A stretch of 63,007 nt of DNA, the filler included, from Choristocarpus tenellus KU-1152 (Eukaryota; Protista; Phaeophyceae), in NCBI GenBank assembly GCA_964200185.2. It is 11 parts of 11 records of this genome, joined end to end, with 100 filler letters (N's around TTAATTAATTAA, not from the genome) between each part and the next. Parts side by side here need not be neighbours in the genome. Positions count along the whole stretch, not along the records: positions 49,742 to 54,140 come from CAXNAD020014731.1; positions 54,241 to 60,290 come from CAXNAD020009072.1; positions 60,391 to 63,007 come from CAXNAD020026235.1; 8 more parts are not named here. One strand, given 5' to 3'. Numbering within the stretch: the first letter of the stretch is position 1; the number at the start of each line of letters is the position of its first letter. The notes beneath the pieces were generated by a model, which was given only the letters and a program-made list of their open reading frames with translations, was not told the origin of the DNA and did no database searches. Shown here in pieces: positions 52,352 to 63,007 of the stretch. Position numbers and translations under genes: made by a program.

Positions 52352-53513
52352 AATCGATACCTCAACGAATATAACGTGAATAGTTTTCATTGGTTTTTCT
52401 TCTGACAAATCTGGAAAATGTCGGTTGGCATAAAATTAAAATAGAACGAGTTCAACCTCCTTCGACGTTAAAACTTCTTTTCACAACAATCTGACTTCGA
52501 ACATGCTATTCCACGCAACAGTACTAGTTAACACAACTGATTGTACACCTGTACTATTATTGCGTTATTTAAGTTGTACTACAAAAACGCCAGATCAAGA
52601 TCAAGGTGGAAATAACTTTGGGACGGGTCCAGCAGAATATTCAAGGGAGAAGGAGCGAAGACAGGTATGAGTGCCGAATGAACCCAACGTGCTGGAAGTA
52701 AGGGAGGAAGGGACGTTTAAAATTAGTCGCAGTAGTGTAACAGTTAGTCAGAAGTTACAATGAGAAGTACTTTAGTTTGTAGTGACCAGGACTAAGGATT
52801 ATCTACAGGAACGAAATAAAATAATGGACAATAAAATAAAAATAACTAATAATTTTTAAAAATCGTGTAAAATGGGCAGAAAGTAGAGGGAGGGGTATGA
52901 AGCTATGTACATATCCCGAAAAAAACAGGTCTTAGCATCGATAGAAACTAACTGTTGTACTTACAGTCATCGTCGTAGTAGTCCTTGGTTTTGAGTCGAA
53001 GTAAACGAGAGGTACCCAGGTTTTGGTCATTTGCATTCTTAGTCTGTTTTTCAATCTTCTCCAATTCACTCATATTTATATGGATGATATTAAAAGTTTG
53101 AGAGCTTTATTTCTATTTTGTTTTGAATTGTGCCGGTAGAACTAAAAAAATACCCTACACACATTTGTTATAAAAGTCAGATTTTGTACCTATTTGTCCG
53201 CATCCTTAAAAAGCAACTCTGGATAGTCTCTTTTACTTAGTAATACAAACAGCAGCAGTCTACACCATGATTTGTTGTGAACAACCTTGAAGGCGACATT
53301 GTTGAATTGTTAGTTTGCAAAATAGCAAATAGTATATTGAGTTGTCTCCGCATTGACAACTGTTGTATTTCCAATAGCCCTTGTATGATAGCTTTGGGTT
53401 TTTGGGGTTGTTATCTTGTGCTGATTAAATAGATGAAATGGACAGGTCACAGTTTCTGGATCTTTGTAACGGCAAACCATCCTCCTCAAGTCACCTGTTG
53501 GTAATATTTTTGT

Positions 53514-53695
53514 GGCTCAAAGTATCTGGGAGGGGTGTGCTGGCTGTCCATTTGGCGCCCATTTTTTCATGTCGCGATTTTTGGGTGAATTTGGTTGCAT
53601 GCGTCGGATGGATAGTGTAAGTGCACTTCTCCTGGTAAGGGCCTGAACGGACACTCTGATATAGACTCCCCCCTCCCTCTCAGATACTTTGAGCC
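53514..53695. mobile_element. MITE family A
   Basis: ggctcaaagtatctggg...cagatactttgagcc; TSD ttgt/ttgt. Confidence 0.93.
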
Positions 53696-54299
53696 TTGTG
53701 CTTGTTGCATGTGATACATGAAATTACTAAGCAACAATATTTAATCTGTTTATAGTCTTCTGTGTAAGATATTACGAATGATGCCAGCTAATATACTTGT
53801 TTTTACCTTGTGCCATTTGGACTGGTGAAAAGGACAATAAAATGTTTTAGAACCGCTCGCATAGTTTTGTAACAGACACTATGTACCAAAGGATGAACTT
53901 TTCAGGTCAACTCACCTGGTTAAATTATTGGTTCTATTGTGCAGATTTTGGGCTGTGGAACGGATATAAATTGGTTCTACGTCCTTCAAACGCTTTCTCT
54001 TCGGTAATGGCACTGGTGCGATCCTAACTGCTGAAGTTGAAATACGTAAATATCACTACTTCATATCTTGTACCCATTGGACACCCCCCCCACCCCCCCT
54101 TACCTCTTACACCTTCCTATCTGTGGAGCTTGACCATTGTNNNNNNNNNNNNNNNNNNNNNNNNNNNNNNNNNNNNNNNNNNNNTTAATTAATTAANNNN
54201 NNNNNNNNNNNNNNNNNNNNNNNNNNNNNNNNNNNNNNNNCAAGCTGTTCTTTGTCCTTCATTAAAGCACCATAAAAGCCGCGGGTCCAGTGTGGGATG

Positions 54300-55430
54300 G
54301 TTCAACAGATAACATTGATTGGTCTAAAGTTTGATGGTGTGTGGTCAGCACACCAATGAAGCTTACGAGCTCTGAGAGTATGGGATCAGCATATCAATCA
54401 GCCTAAAGACGAGGCGAGAGGTATATGTGGCCAGCATATAGGTCTCTAGTGTCTTGTATAAAACAGAGGATACCCTCAGAATGGGGATACGAGGAGCAAA
54501 CACTATACATGATGTCACAAACGATTTGACCAGTGTTTGCGATTCGACATTGCTGTATGAGTGTTATACGATGATTTGATCACCAGTCCGATGTGTGAAA
54601 ACAACATTGCGCGGTTATATGATAAAATCGACACAGCAAACGACAAGATCAAATGTGTGCACCCATTCTCCTTTCTTAATTCTGACTTCGATTGGAATAT
54701 TGTTCACGACAACAATATTCCAAGTAGACAACTCGGATGTACGATGTTGGTGGCTCAACTCTCCTAAAACGATATGAGGTGACTGTATGGTCATTACATC
54801 ATGTCAGAGGAATCATGCCACACGAAAAAAAAAATGTATGGCTCACCTGAAGTCTCCATCTCATAACTAGTGGTAGACTTGAATCTCTCCTTTTTTTCTG
54901 TTTTAGGATGGGATTAGGCATTTTCATGATGATGATAAATCAATTTAATGAACACGTGACATGATGTAATGGACAGCCACCTTTAGCACACAAATACTAA
55001 TATATATAATGTGCCCGGTGATAACACGATCTCTTCACCACCGCATGTGTCCACTCATGCAAACGAGGAGAGTTGAGAGATAAAATTAATTGTATATCAA
55101 TTTATCTGAATCCACCAATATTTATGTATAATCTATTTGCAAGGATTGATAAACCTGGTAAACACGAGATGCCAAGTCAGAGCTGGTCGTGAACAAGTTA
55201 ACTGACATCTGTTACCAGTTATCTAATCTCTTAACAAAACAATAGACTGTACCCATCTATGACAAAATGGCACACAAACGACTTGTCTAAACTAGATGGA
55301 CAACCTATGTAAAGGATTATAGTATGTGGGTACCACGAGATCTGGCCAAGAGACACTAGTCTTAAAAATAAGTACATAAATACACAATTAAACAAACAAA
55401 CAAGTCTTGACCATGATCTGTACCACACAT
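54300..55430. repeat. Second copy of the unclassified dispersed repeat (see 23230-24650)
   Basis: Collinear shared blocks with contig 5; lacks the MITE B insertion. Confidence 0.75.
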
Positions 55431-55513
55431 ACACACGATAATCTCTTTACTGAAACGATAGGTTACGACATGACGGCAATGCATGATATACAGACTATGC
55501 CAAGGAGTATGAT

Positions 55514-56215
55514 TGTTACAGGCGAATGGCGCGAGTATTTCTTCCCGCGCCTTAACCAGCGCGAGCAGTATACGCGCGTGGAGAACCCCAAAAGGGGGAA
55601 CTTCGATTTGCGTAAAAGTTGCAGAATAAACTGTAACTCGGGTAGTTGCAGAGGGTCACGGATGGATGGTCGGAAAGGGTTCTCAGATATATGCCAGTAT
55701 TTGCAAACCCGAATAAACCCCAAACGGTAAATGATGATTAGATTCCAAAAAACGACTCAAAACGGCTTAGTTCTTCTGACCTTCAAAGACCCACATTTGA
55801 TCACTCTCTATCTGATACCAAACTATATACACATTTCTTATACTGATTGATTCATTTGAGAGTACCCCTGTTCTGCTGAGCTGGCGTTCGATAATCAGTG
55901 AATTGGACTTGATTTGTACATCCTGTAGAGGTGAGCTTTGAAGGGCGCCTGTAAAATGGAGGTCCTACCGCCTCTCTTCAAACTGGAGGGATTACTCCTT
56001 GTTCACCCCAGCACATAGTATTGTTTTCTTGTTCCACCTGGATTGTTTTCTTGTTCCACCTGGATTGCTTTCTCGCTCCACCTGGATTGTTTTCATGTTC
56101 CACTTAGATTGTTTCCTTGTTCCACCTGGGTTTGTGGTCTTCATTCGTCGTCTACGGGATTCCCTCCCTGGACTTGTCGTCTACAGGATTCCCTCCCTGG
56201 ACTTGTCGTCTTCAT
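55514..56215 (+). mobile_element. 5' LTR (55514-55956), PBS (55957-55970) and leader tandem repeats of an LTR retrotransposon
   Basis: TGTTACAGGCG...CGCCTGTAAAA termini; PBS TGGAGGTCCTACCG (tRNA-Gln-like 3' complement); 22-bp ttgttccacctggattgttttc and ~29-bp ggattccctccctggacttgtcgtc repeats downstream. Confidence 0.78.
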
Positions 56216-59200
56216 GGGTCTGAGGGCTTATGTGGTTCTGAGGAAATCACCCCTCTCTAACTGTAAAAAGAGTGGCCTCTGATCGCCACATCACTTGCCT
56301 ATAGTCATAAAATGAGTGGTCTCTGACCGCCATGGTATAGACGTTGCCTAGGTTAGTTCTTCCTCGCCATTCGTACACTCACATTCCCGATCTGTTTTTC
56401 GTTTATCACACTGTTCACTTATTTCGTAGGTTCCGCTGGAAATCAGTGATTCGGAGATGTTCCTGCCCAAGGCCAGACCTGCGAGAACTCTTGCAGCAGT
56501 CGTGACAGATCAACGTGTTTATGCATCGCGTCCACGCATATCAACAACTTCACCCCTTTCCACATCGAGCTCGTCGAAAACTCGTGTCTTTCTTAGGACA
56601 CACAGCAGTCCTTTCAGGCGTTTCGTCCGCAATCGACGTCCCACGCATCAAAGGACAACTCTTACAGGTCCGTTGAGACGACGTTACTGTAACTGAGTGG
56701 TTCATATTTCGGTGAGAGAACACACCCCTTTTTCATGGCCAGCCGAAAATTGTGGTAAAGGTTGCCATGTGTTATTTTTGTTCAAGAGAGAGAAAAGTGT
56801 GACGCGGAAGGCTGCAGCCATAGCCTACTTTCCACTATTGAGCGTATACCGTAGACTTGCAGATGCCTCATATATGTAAAAGCTCGTTTGGGGGGGGATA
56901 TATAGGTGAAGACCAACTCGTTGATTTGTACGAACGAGCCCAACTCTCCTGCCTTTATCAAATTATCCTCTGTTCTGTATTATATTATATATATTGTATT
57001 TTTTCTCTACAGATTAGAAGCCAAATTCACCTACTAGGATTTTCGCAGAGTAATCCTTTGGGGAACGAGATAGTAAACCGTCGAATTAAACCATAACGGA
57101 TTATTCATGATCTCATAAAAGAGTTATTCAATCGAAGCGACCGATCTATCCCAGCCAATCAAAATGCTGCAAAACCTGCATTGTACAAGGAGGAGACTTA
57201 CATCGATTTGGCTAGGAGGTAGAGACGCTTGTTTGCTAGCATGTCACACCCTTGCGCTGCCTCAGTCGAAGCCCTGATCGTCAGGTAGAAACAGGGACTA
57301 TATCGCCACTACAGGACTTCCATGCACGAATAGTTATCAAGCCAAACTTCACTTTTATACAGAGAGGTTGTCAACTGTGTACTGGCAGCCCTTGCACCGA
57401 TGCTTCAACCTGTTTTAACCCAGAATTCCTCACCCACTGCCTATGCAGCCTTAAGCACCGAACCTTCTTCCGTTCCCAGCAAACTCAGTACCTCGTTCGT
57501 TCCCAAAAAAGCAAGGCACCAAAACCCGTTCGACCAGTCACATTCGTTCCCCAGCCTGTGCTTTGATCCCCACCTGCTTTAGCCAGAGACAGGACGAACG
57601 ATAGAAGTGGACACGATTTGGGCAAATGATTATCTCCATCTTCTACATCCACAAGGCGAAGTCGACATATGGCTAAAGGCACACCAACCAAGTTTGCTTT
57701 CATCGTGCCTGTAGTCAAGACTGCTTCACGTCTATAACTGACGAGTGCAGGTATACGAAATGCCACTTGTTAGTTCCCAGAGGAATCCACTCATACCTTT
57801 CGGGAACCCACCGAGGACCTCCTGGTACTCAATCTGCTGCAGTGTCTCGTGCGATGGTAGCCTTAATAGAAACACACCTACGATACCTAGCAGCCATGCA
57901 ATACTCGACACATTCTCCACTATTCGCGTGAAGCCCAACCGATTCGGACGTTGCAGAGTCGTCTTGAAGTTACACCATGGAGTCTGAGTTCCAGTCATGT
58001 CATTCTTACTATAGACATTTAGACTTTAGTTTTCACCTCGATAATATTTGCCATAAACCTGAACATTGTAATAGTAAATATCAATATATGCCCTGCCATG
58101 TCACCCACATAGGGTCCACTCGAGATCGCTTGCCCAGGTACTACTTGACACAGGTGTAGGTCTCGTCTATTTTTGTGAAAATTGCTTGCCACAGCTTCAA
58201 CATAGCAGGCAAAGGTACCTTAAATGCAGCAAACCTCTGAGGATGCAATATTCTACCAATGCTGGTACTGTGGTCATGCAAACTTCCAATAGCGTTTTCT
58301 CCAGAGGAAAAAGTGCGCAATATGACTTTTAGGATAATGATGGGGCTGCCATACAAAATTATTTTTAGGAGCAACATTTTCGTAGACAATGCTAGAGGGA
58401 ACTGTTATTTAGAGACGTTCAATGCTCCCAACCATCACTACTGTCACCATGGGTACCTTTTGTCAAGATCCCAACACCCAGATTGAGCAGTAACGATGTA
58501 CCCCATGTCAGATCTTAGCAATTGGCATTGTAGTACAAAGGAAAGTTCTAAGATAGATAGTTGTCAGACTAGGTAACTAAACAGAAGAAATGAACAGCTT
58601 TACCTTACTACAGTTGGATGTTTATCATGCCTTCTAGGACCTCCACAACCCCAACACAAGACTATGTCCAACTAATGTTCCCATCCAAGAACAACTCTTG
58701 CCTCGATAGGATGTGTTACGTCTCTTCCCTCTAGGTACTAGTGCCAAACATTTTGGATGGATGAAAGCTGAAGAGACATGTTGGACAGGGTCCAGTTTTT
58801 GAGTTCGAGTCACCTCACTGGAGGGTATGGTTAAATAATGGAGGTAAGAAGAAATTCAGCAGGCGAGAGATGAGTGCCTCCACCTGAAAACCGTCCAGCA
58901 GGTAACAACTGTATGCCTGAAGGACAAGGTGAGGTTCAGCCGGTACATGTTAGAACAAGAGATAACAGCACTGATAATCATAGGCACTGAAAGGAGCATG
59001 AGACAGCAGAAGTCGGAATGAAGAAGCTGCCCACATTTTACAACACATTAATATACATTGGTTCTATAGACTGAAGTTCTTAGAAAAGACAATCACTGAA
59101 CTCACTACTTTTTAGTTTTTATTTATTTTTCCCTTTCTATTCTTTAACAACCCCCTGTGATCTTGAATCCTCATGTTTTTCTAATGTTTTTCTAATGTTA

Positions 59201-59230
59201 TTTATTTTAGTGACATTTCTAATGTTACAA

Positions 59231-59563
59231 TAGGACCTCCATGTTACAGGCGCCCCTCGATGCTCACCTTCACAGGATGTATAGCTCCAATCCACGGTCT
59301 TATAGATGATACTGATATACGTTTAGGACTCCTGATTGATGCACAAGTCGTCAAGTATGCTGGATCTCTCACTTGGATTATCGTAAATATAATTGTATAA
59401 AAAGGGACTGATCAACAATGTCTTATCACAATCGGGGAACATAATGACCAAATTAATAAATAAATAATCAAGAAGTAGAAATATATCAAATCTCGAACTT
59501 CAATGTCATAATGGTGTGTATGAAACCGCCATCAAGACATATCGCCTGTGACATGCCCCCCTA
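59231..59563 (-). mobile_element. LTR (59242-59553) with PPT-like tract upstream and PBS downstream
   Basis: Minus strand: taggggggca | TGTCACAGGCG...CGCCTGTAACA | TGGAGGTCCTA. Confidence 0.78.
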
Positions 59564-59842
59564 GCATGAAGCATTAACTGCTTCAATGCGATAAACAGGC
59601 GATTGGACAAGGAGATATAATGTCACTCCTCATCCTATCACGAAAACAGCAGAAATGAAATGAATGTCACTTTCAGGTCCTAACATATCAGTAGGCAGTG
59701 TTGGGGATCCACCGGAGGAGGAAACCTGGAGGAAAAATCTCCTTCCAACGTTTGCCCTGACGACGGATATGTCAGCGTGACACTCGTACCTCACGGCACC
59801 CACTCTGCATTTGACTCAACGTTCAAAAGAAAAACATCTATT

Positions 59843-60050
59843 CCAGAGTCTCATACACATGTCAAAAGGAGGGTACTGCCTAAAAAGACTCCACCCCTTC
59901 CAAGATAAACAAACACAAATACAGACACAAAATCATAGTAAAACTCCTACACCAGAGTCTCATACACACGTCAAAAGTAGGGTGCTATCTAAAAAGACTC
60001 CATCCCTTCCAAGATAAACAAACACAAATACAGACACAAAACCATAGTAG
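59843..60050. repeat. 109-bp direct tandem duplication
   Basis: ccagagtctcatacac...acagacacaaaa(t/c)catagta occurs twice. Confidence 0.92.
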
Positions 60051-60390
60051 CACTGAACTTGGGTATTGCCATGGACTCTCCCCTTTCAGAACTAGAACAC
60101 AGAAACGACAGGACACTAAGACCATGACTCACAGTCACCAAAGAGATTGGGTGCTGTCATGGAAAGGCTTGCCTTTGCTAGAAACTATAAATATATACCA
60201 CAAAATTCAAACATCTTACAAAAAAAATAACAATAGAGAGCATCTCAGCAAGTCTCTCCCTCTTCACAAAAAAAAAAAAAAAAAATACAGNNNNNNNNNN
60301 NNNNNNNNNNNNNNNNNNNNNNNNNNNNNNNNNNTTAATTAATTAANNNNNNNNNNNNNNNNNNNNNNNNNNNNNNNNNNNNNNNNNNNN

Positions 60391-60413
60391 CCCCCCCCCA
60401 GATACTTTGGGTC
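60391..60413. mobile_element. MITE family A right end at contig start
   Basis: ccccccccca gatactttgggtc. Confidence 0.8.
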
Positions 60414-61277
60414 TATCTGGGTTTGTGCTGTACATTGTGCCTCTCTCCATAGTGTACTGTGTGCTCAGAAGTATTGTTATTTTTGATGTTACTGCTTCTG
60501 TTTCTGTTGCTATTATTATTAGTAGTAGTATTCTTATTTTGACTTTTTAATTTTTTTTGGTGTAGTTGCGTGTTGGTCCTGGTAAAATATCATGTTCCCT
60601 GTAGGTGGTGAGAGTTAAATTTGTCACATTTCAAGCTAAAGGTTTTTTTTTTTGCCCTGCCTGTGGTGAAGAATTTTTTTGTTGCATCTGGATACCCAGT
60701 ACCATTTATTATTTTTTATGTGAATGTAGTGTACCAATTTGGGTACACTTGCTATTAATAATAAAAGATGGTATATGCTCCCTAGATCAATTTTAATGAT
60801 AATATCAATTGGTAAATTTAAAAAGTGTTTAAGAGATGCAAAACCGAACCAAAACCGTCTAAAGCAAACCTACATCCGTACCCATGAAGCATATCTATAA
60901 ACTTTTTAGTAGCAATAAAATCCTGGTTTAGCGATTTTTTCGTAATTTCAATGATTAACCTCTAGGTGTCATACACTCCTCCGGTCAAAAGACTTGGAAA
61001 ATGAAAGAAGAGCATTGTGGGTGGTTCCTGAGTGGGATTTGAGGAACGTTGTTTTTGGAATTTTGTAAGTAGTAATGTGTTACCTGATATCCAAGGACCT
61101 AGTGAACCATGCTCCTTTCTTCTCTTATTGTTGTAACTTGGATCTATCTCGAGGGCTTGTATTGATTGTCATTAATTATATCTTGATTTGCTTCCCTCTG
61201 CTAACTCGTTTCATTCTCTTCCCCCCCCCCCGCCCCCCTCTCTTTCTTCTTTTTTTTGTTTTCCATGACAAAAAAAG

Positions 61278-62765
61278 GTACGCGTTGTTTGACCCCTGTA
61301 AAGAGATGGCGTACATCCCACTGAGCCAAGAGGAGAAAAAGAAGGGGAAAGCTGCCGTGGATGTCATTGGTAATCCATTAGGAAAATCTACCGGGTCCTT
61401 TATTCAACAGGTGGGGCAGCAATAAAATGGAGGGTCAGTGTACTGTTGATAAGCAAGAGGATGTGACTGTAGTAAAAATGTAAACTTAAAGATATTATAC
61501 GTATTTTGTTCCTCTGTTCATTATCAGTTCAAATGATTTCTGAGGCGGGCTGTAAGTGGTCAAGATGGGGTAAGATTTTCGTTGCCTGTTGTGGGAATCC
61601 TTGGGAAAAACCCGTTATCAGGGAACACCCTAATGTTCTTGGTGAATTCCATCTCAGTCTATCTATGTTCTGCTGTTCTATGCCGTCTACTGCAATACCG
61701 AGTCAAAGTATCTTAGGGTTAGGGTACAGTCGCGTCCATTTGGTAGGCAAAATCCACTGTTGCGATTTCGATGTAATTTTGGCTATCGTGTTTATTAGGA
61801 GATGTCAATATCCTTATTCCGGACACACCTTTTCATAACATACACATTTTACCTACTCTGAATTTTTTTGGAGTAGGAAAATGTCATAAAAACCCCGAGG
61901 GAAGCCAAGCCCCAAATGGACAAACAGGGCAAAACTCGTACCCTCTAAGATATTTTCACTCTACCACAATAGACGCCTTCCCGATACTGCAGGAACTGAT
62001 GCTGAGCAGAGCATGTATTCGTATGTAGATTAGTGTATACATGTTTGTTGCTGTTTTTCCCCTAACCCTAACCCTAAAGTGCGCTCTTGTTTTTTTTTGA
62101 AAAAAAAGTTCTTCGATAGAACAGTCAGAGGCAATTCCGTAAGAATCGGAGAACTCGGGGTTAGGGTTCAGTGCGCAGGATGGGTAAGTACATGCGAGAG
62201 ACTCCTCATGATGGTTTATGTTAAGCTAGCTATAGTGTTGATATGGTGAACACCACACCGCCGTACTGCTCTTCCCACTAGGGCATTTTTTACCATGCAG
62301 AAATTGGGAAATTTCCAGATTGATGCACAGCCTGTGCAAAGAATGATCCGGATCTTAATTGGCGGAATAGATGTACTCTTTGTGCTCTCTGACCAAGGGA
62401 GCAGGGATGATTAGTGAACCACCTGTCCAGCACCGAATGGAGATGGAGTTGTAGGGTTAGGGTTTATGAATTGCACCATCCTCTTTTCCTCTCCTGTTCC
62501 ATCAACCTCATCAAGTTCTCAGTCCAAGTCAAGTTTGAAAATAAAAAAATCCACTAAACATTTTTTGTTGCAGGAACTTGACCATGCGACCGATATATAT
62601 ATATATATATATATATTGCAAAAATGTAAATAATGTTTTTTTTTTATTTGGCAGGGACTTTTCCTCGCCACAGGGTCACTGCAGGCTGCCACCCCGTATC
62701 TGGGGTGTACCTTACTGGGGGTGATCATGATATGGCTGTACACGGCAGCATCTCTTTCCAACAAG
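61278..62765 (+). CDS. NTT: Plastid/parasite-type ATP/ADP translocase (NTT, TLC family), two C-terminal exons
   Basis: Exon 61278-61410 (K)YALFDPCKEMAYIPLSQEEKKKGKAAVDVIGNPLGKSTGSFIQQ, joined in phase 0 to exon 62655-62765 GLFLATGSLQAATPYLGCTLLGVIMIWLYTAASLSNK; both are hallmark TLC-family segments. Confidence 0.93.
61700..61961. mobile_element. MITE family B in the NTT intron
   Basis: TSD tacc/tacc; left TIR carries ttagggttaggg. Confidence 0.94.
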
Positions 62766-62945
62766 GTAGGAGGTGTATCCATGTGTTGGGTATATCCATG
62801 GATGTAGCAGGTGATTGAATCCTTGAGAGGTTGGTTGAAAATGCTGCTGAAGTGTTGCGAGTGGACTGCTACTACTGTGGTCCACTTGCAAAGAGGGGTC
62901 CTCTCTGTGGGTGTACCCCTCTTTGGTGGTGCATCGTCTCACCCC

Positions 62946-62987
<42 letters not shown>

Positions 62988-63007
62988 TGCCCGCCCCTGC
63001 CTAATCT

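Noticed and set aside
52964-53073. Possible first exon MSELEKIEKQTKNANDQNLGTSRLLRLKTKDYYDDD followed by gtaagt on the minus strand
   Set aside because: Single short candidate with no partner exon identified.
57490-57860. Two possible minus-strand exons (LPSHETLQQIEYQEVLGGFPK / GGDQSTGWGTNVTGRTGFGALLFWER)
   Set aside because: Phase-compatible, but no domain recognised and surrounded by LTR debris; support is insufficient.

Overview
Eukaryotic DNA. The window is not one locus: it is 11 short contigs (1-8377, 8478-11940, 12041-15243, 15344-21454, 21555-34766, 34867-41394, 41495-45464, 45565-49641, 49742-54140, 54241-60290, 60391-63007) joined by artificial 100-bp N44-TTAATTAATTAA-N44 spacers, so adjacency across spacers means nothing. 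Many-intron GT-AG genes, a plastid-type ATP/ADP translocase and TTAGGG repeats suggest a photosynthetic stramenopile, brown-alga-like (inference). Host genes rebuilt by hand from splice phase: a head-to-head pair (a Cys-rich, probably secreted protein missed by the ORF track, and an 11-exon disordered protein with a PAM2-like motif), an LRRC43-like LRR protein, a TKL-type kinase with DLA in place of DFG, NTT/TLC exons, and two weaker unknown genes. Mobile DNA: two Copia remnants, three related LTRs (two followed by a tRNA-Gln-type PBS), a CRE-like RLE non-LTR element, mariner (DD39D-like) and Sagan-like transposase fragments, an intron-containing Sola-like (DUF7869-type) transposase pseudogene, and 15 copies of two related MITE families. 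The most interesting signals are: pervasive short TTAGGG tracts, two of which replace sequence inside repeat copies; CpG decay with a CpG-island-like divergent promoter; paired MITEs with mixed 3/4-bp TSDs alongside a candidate Sola-like partner; a cryptic 26-aa coding tandem repeat; and a nested transposase fold-back. No complete novel system is demonstrated; all family calls are by motif recognition, not database search.
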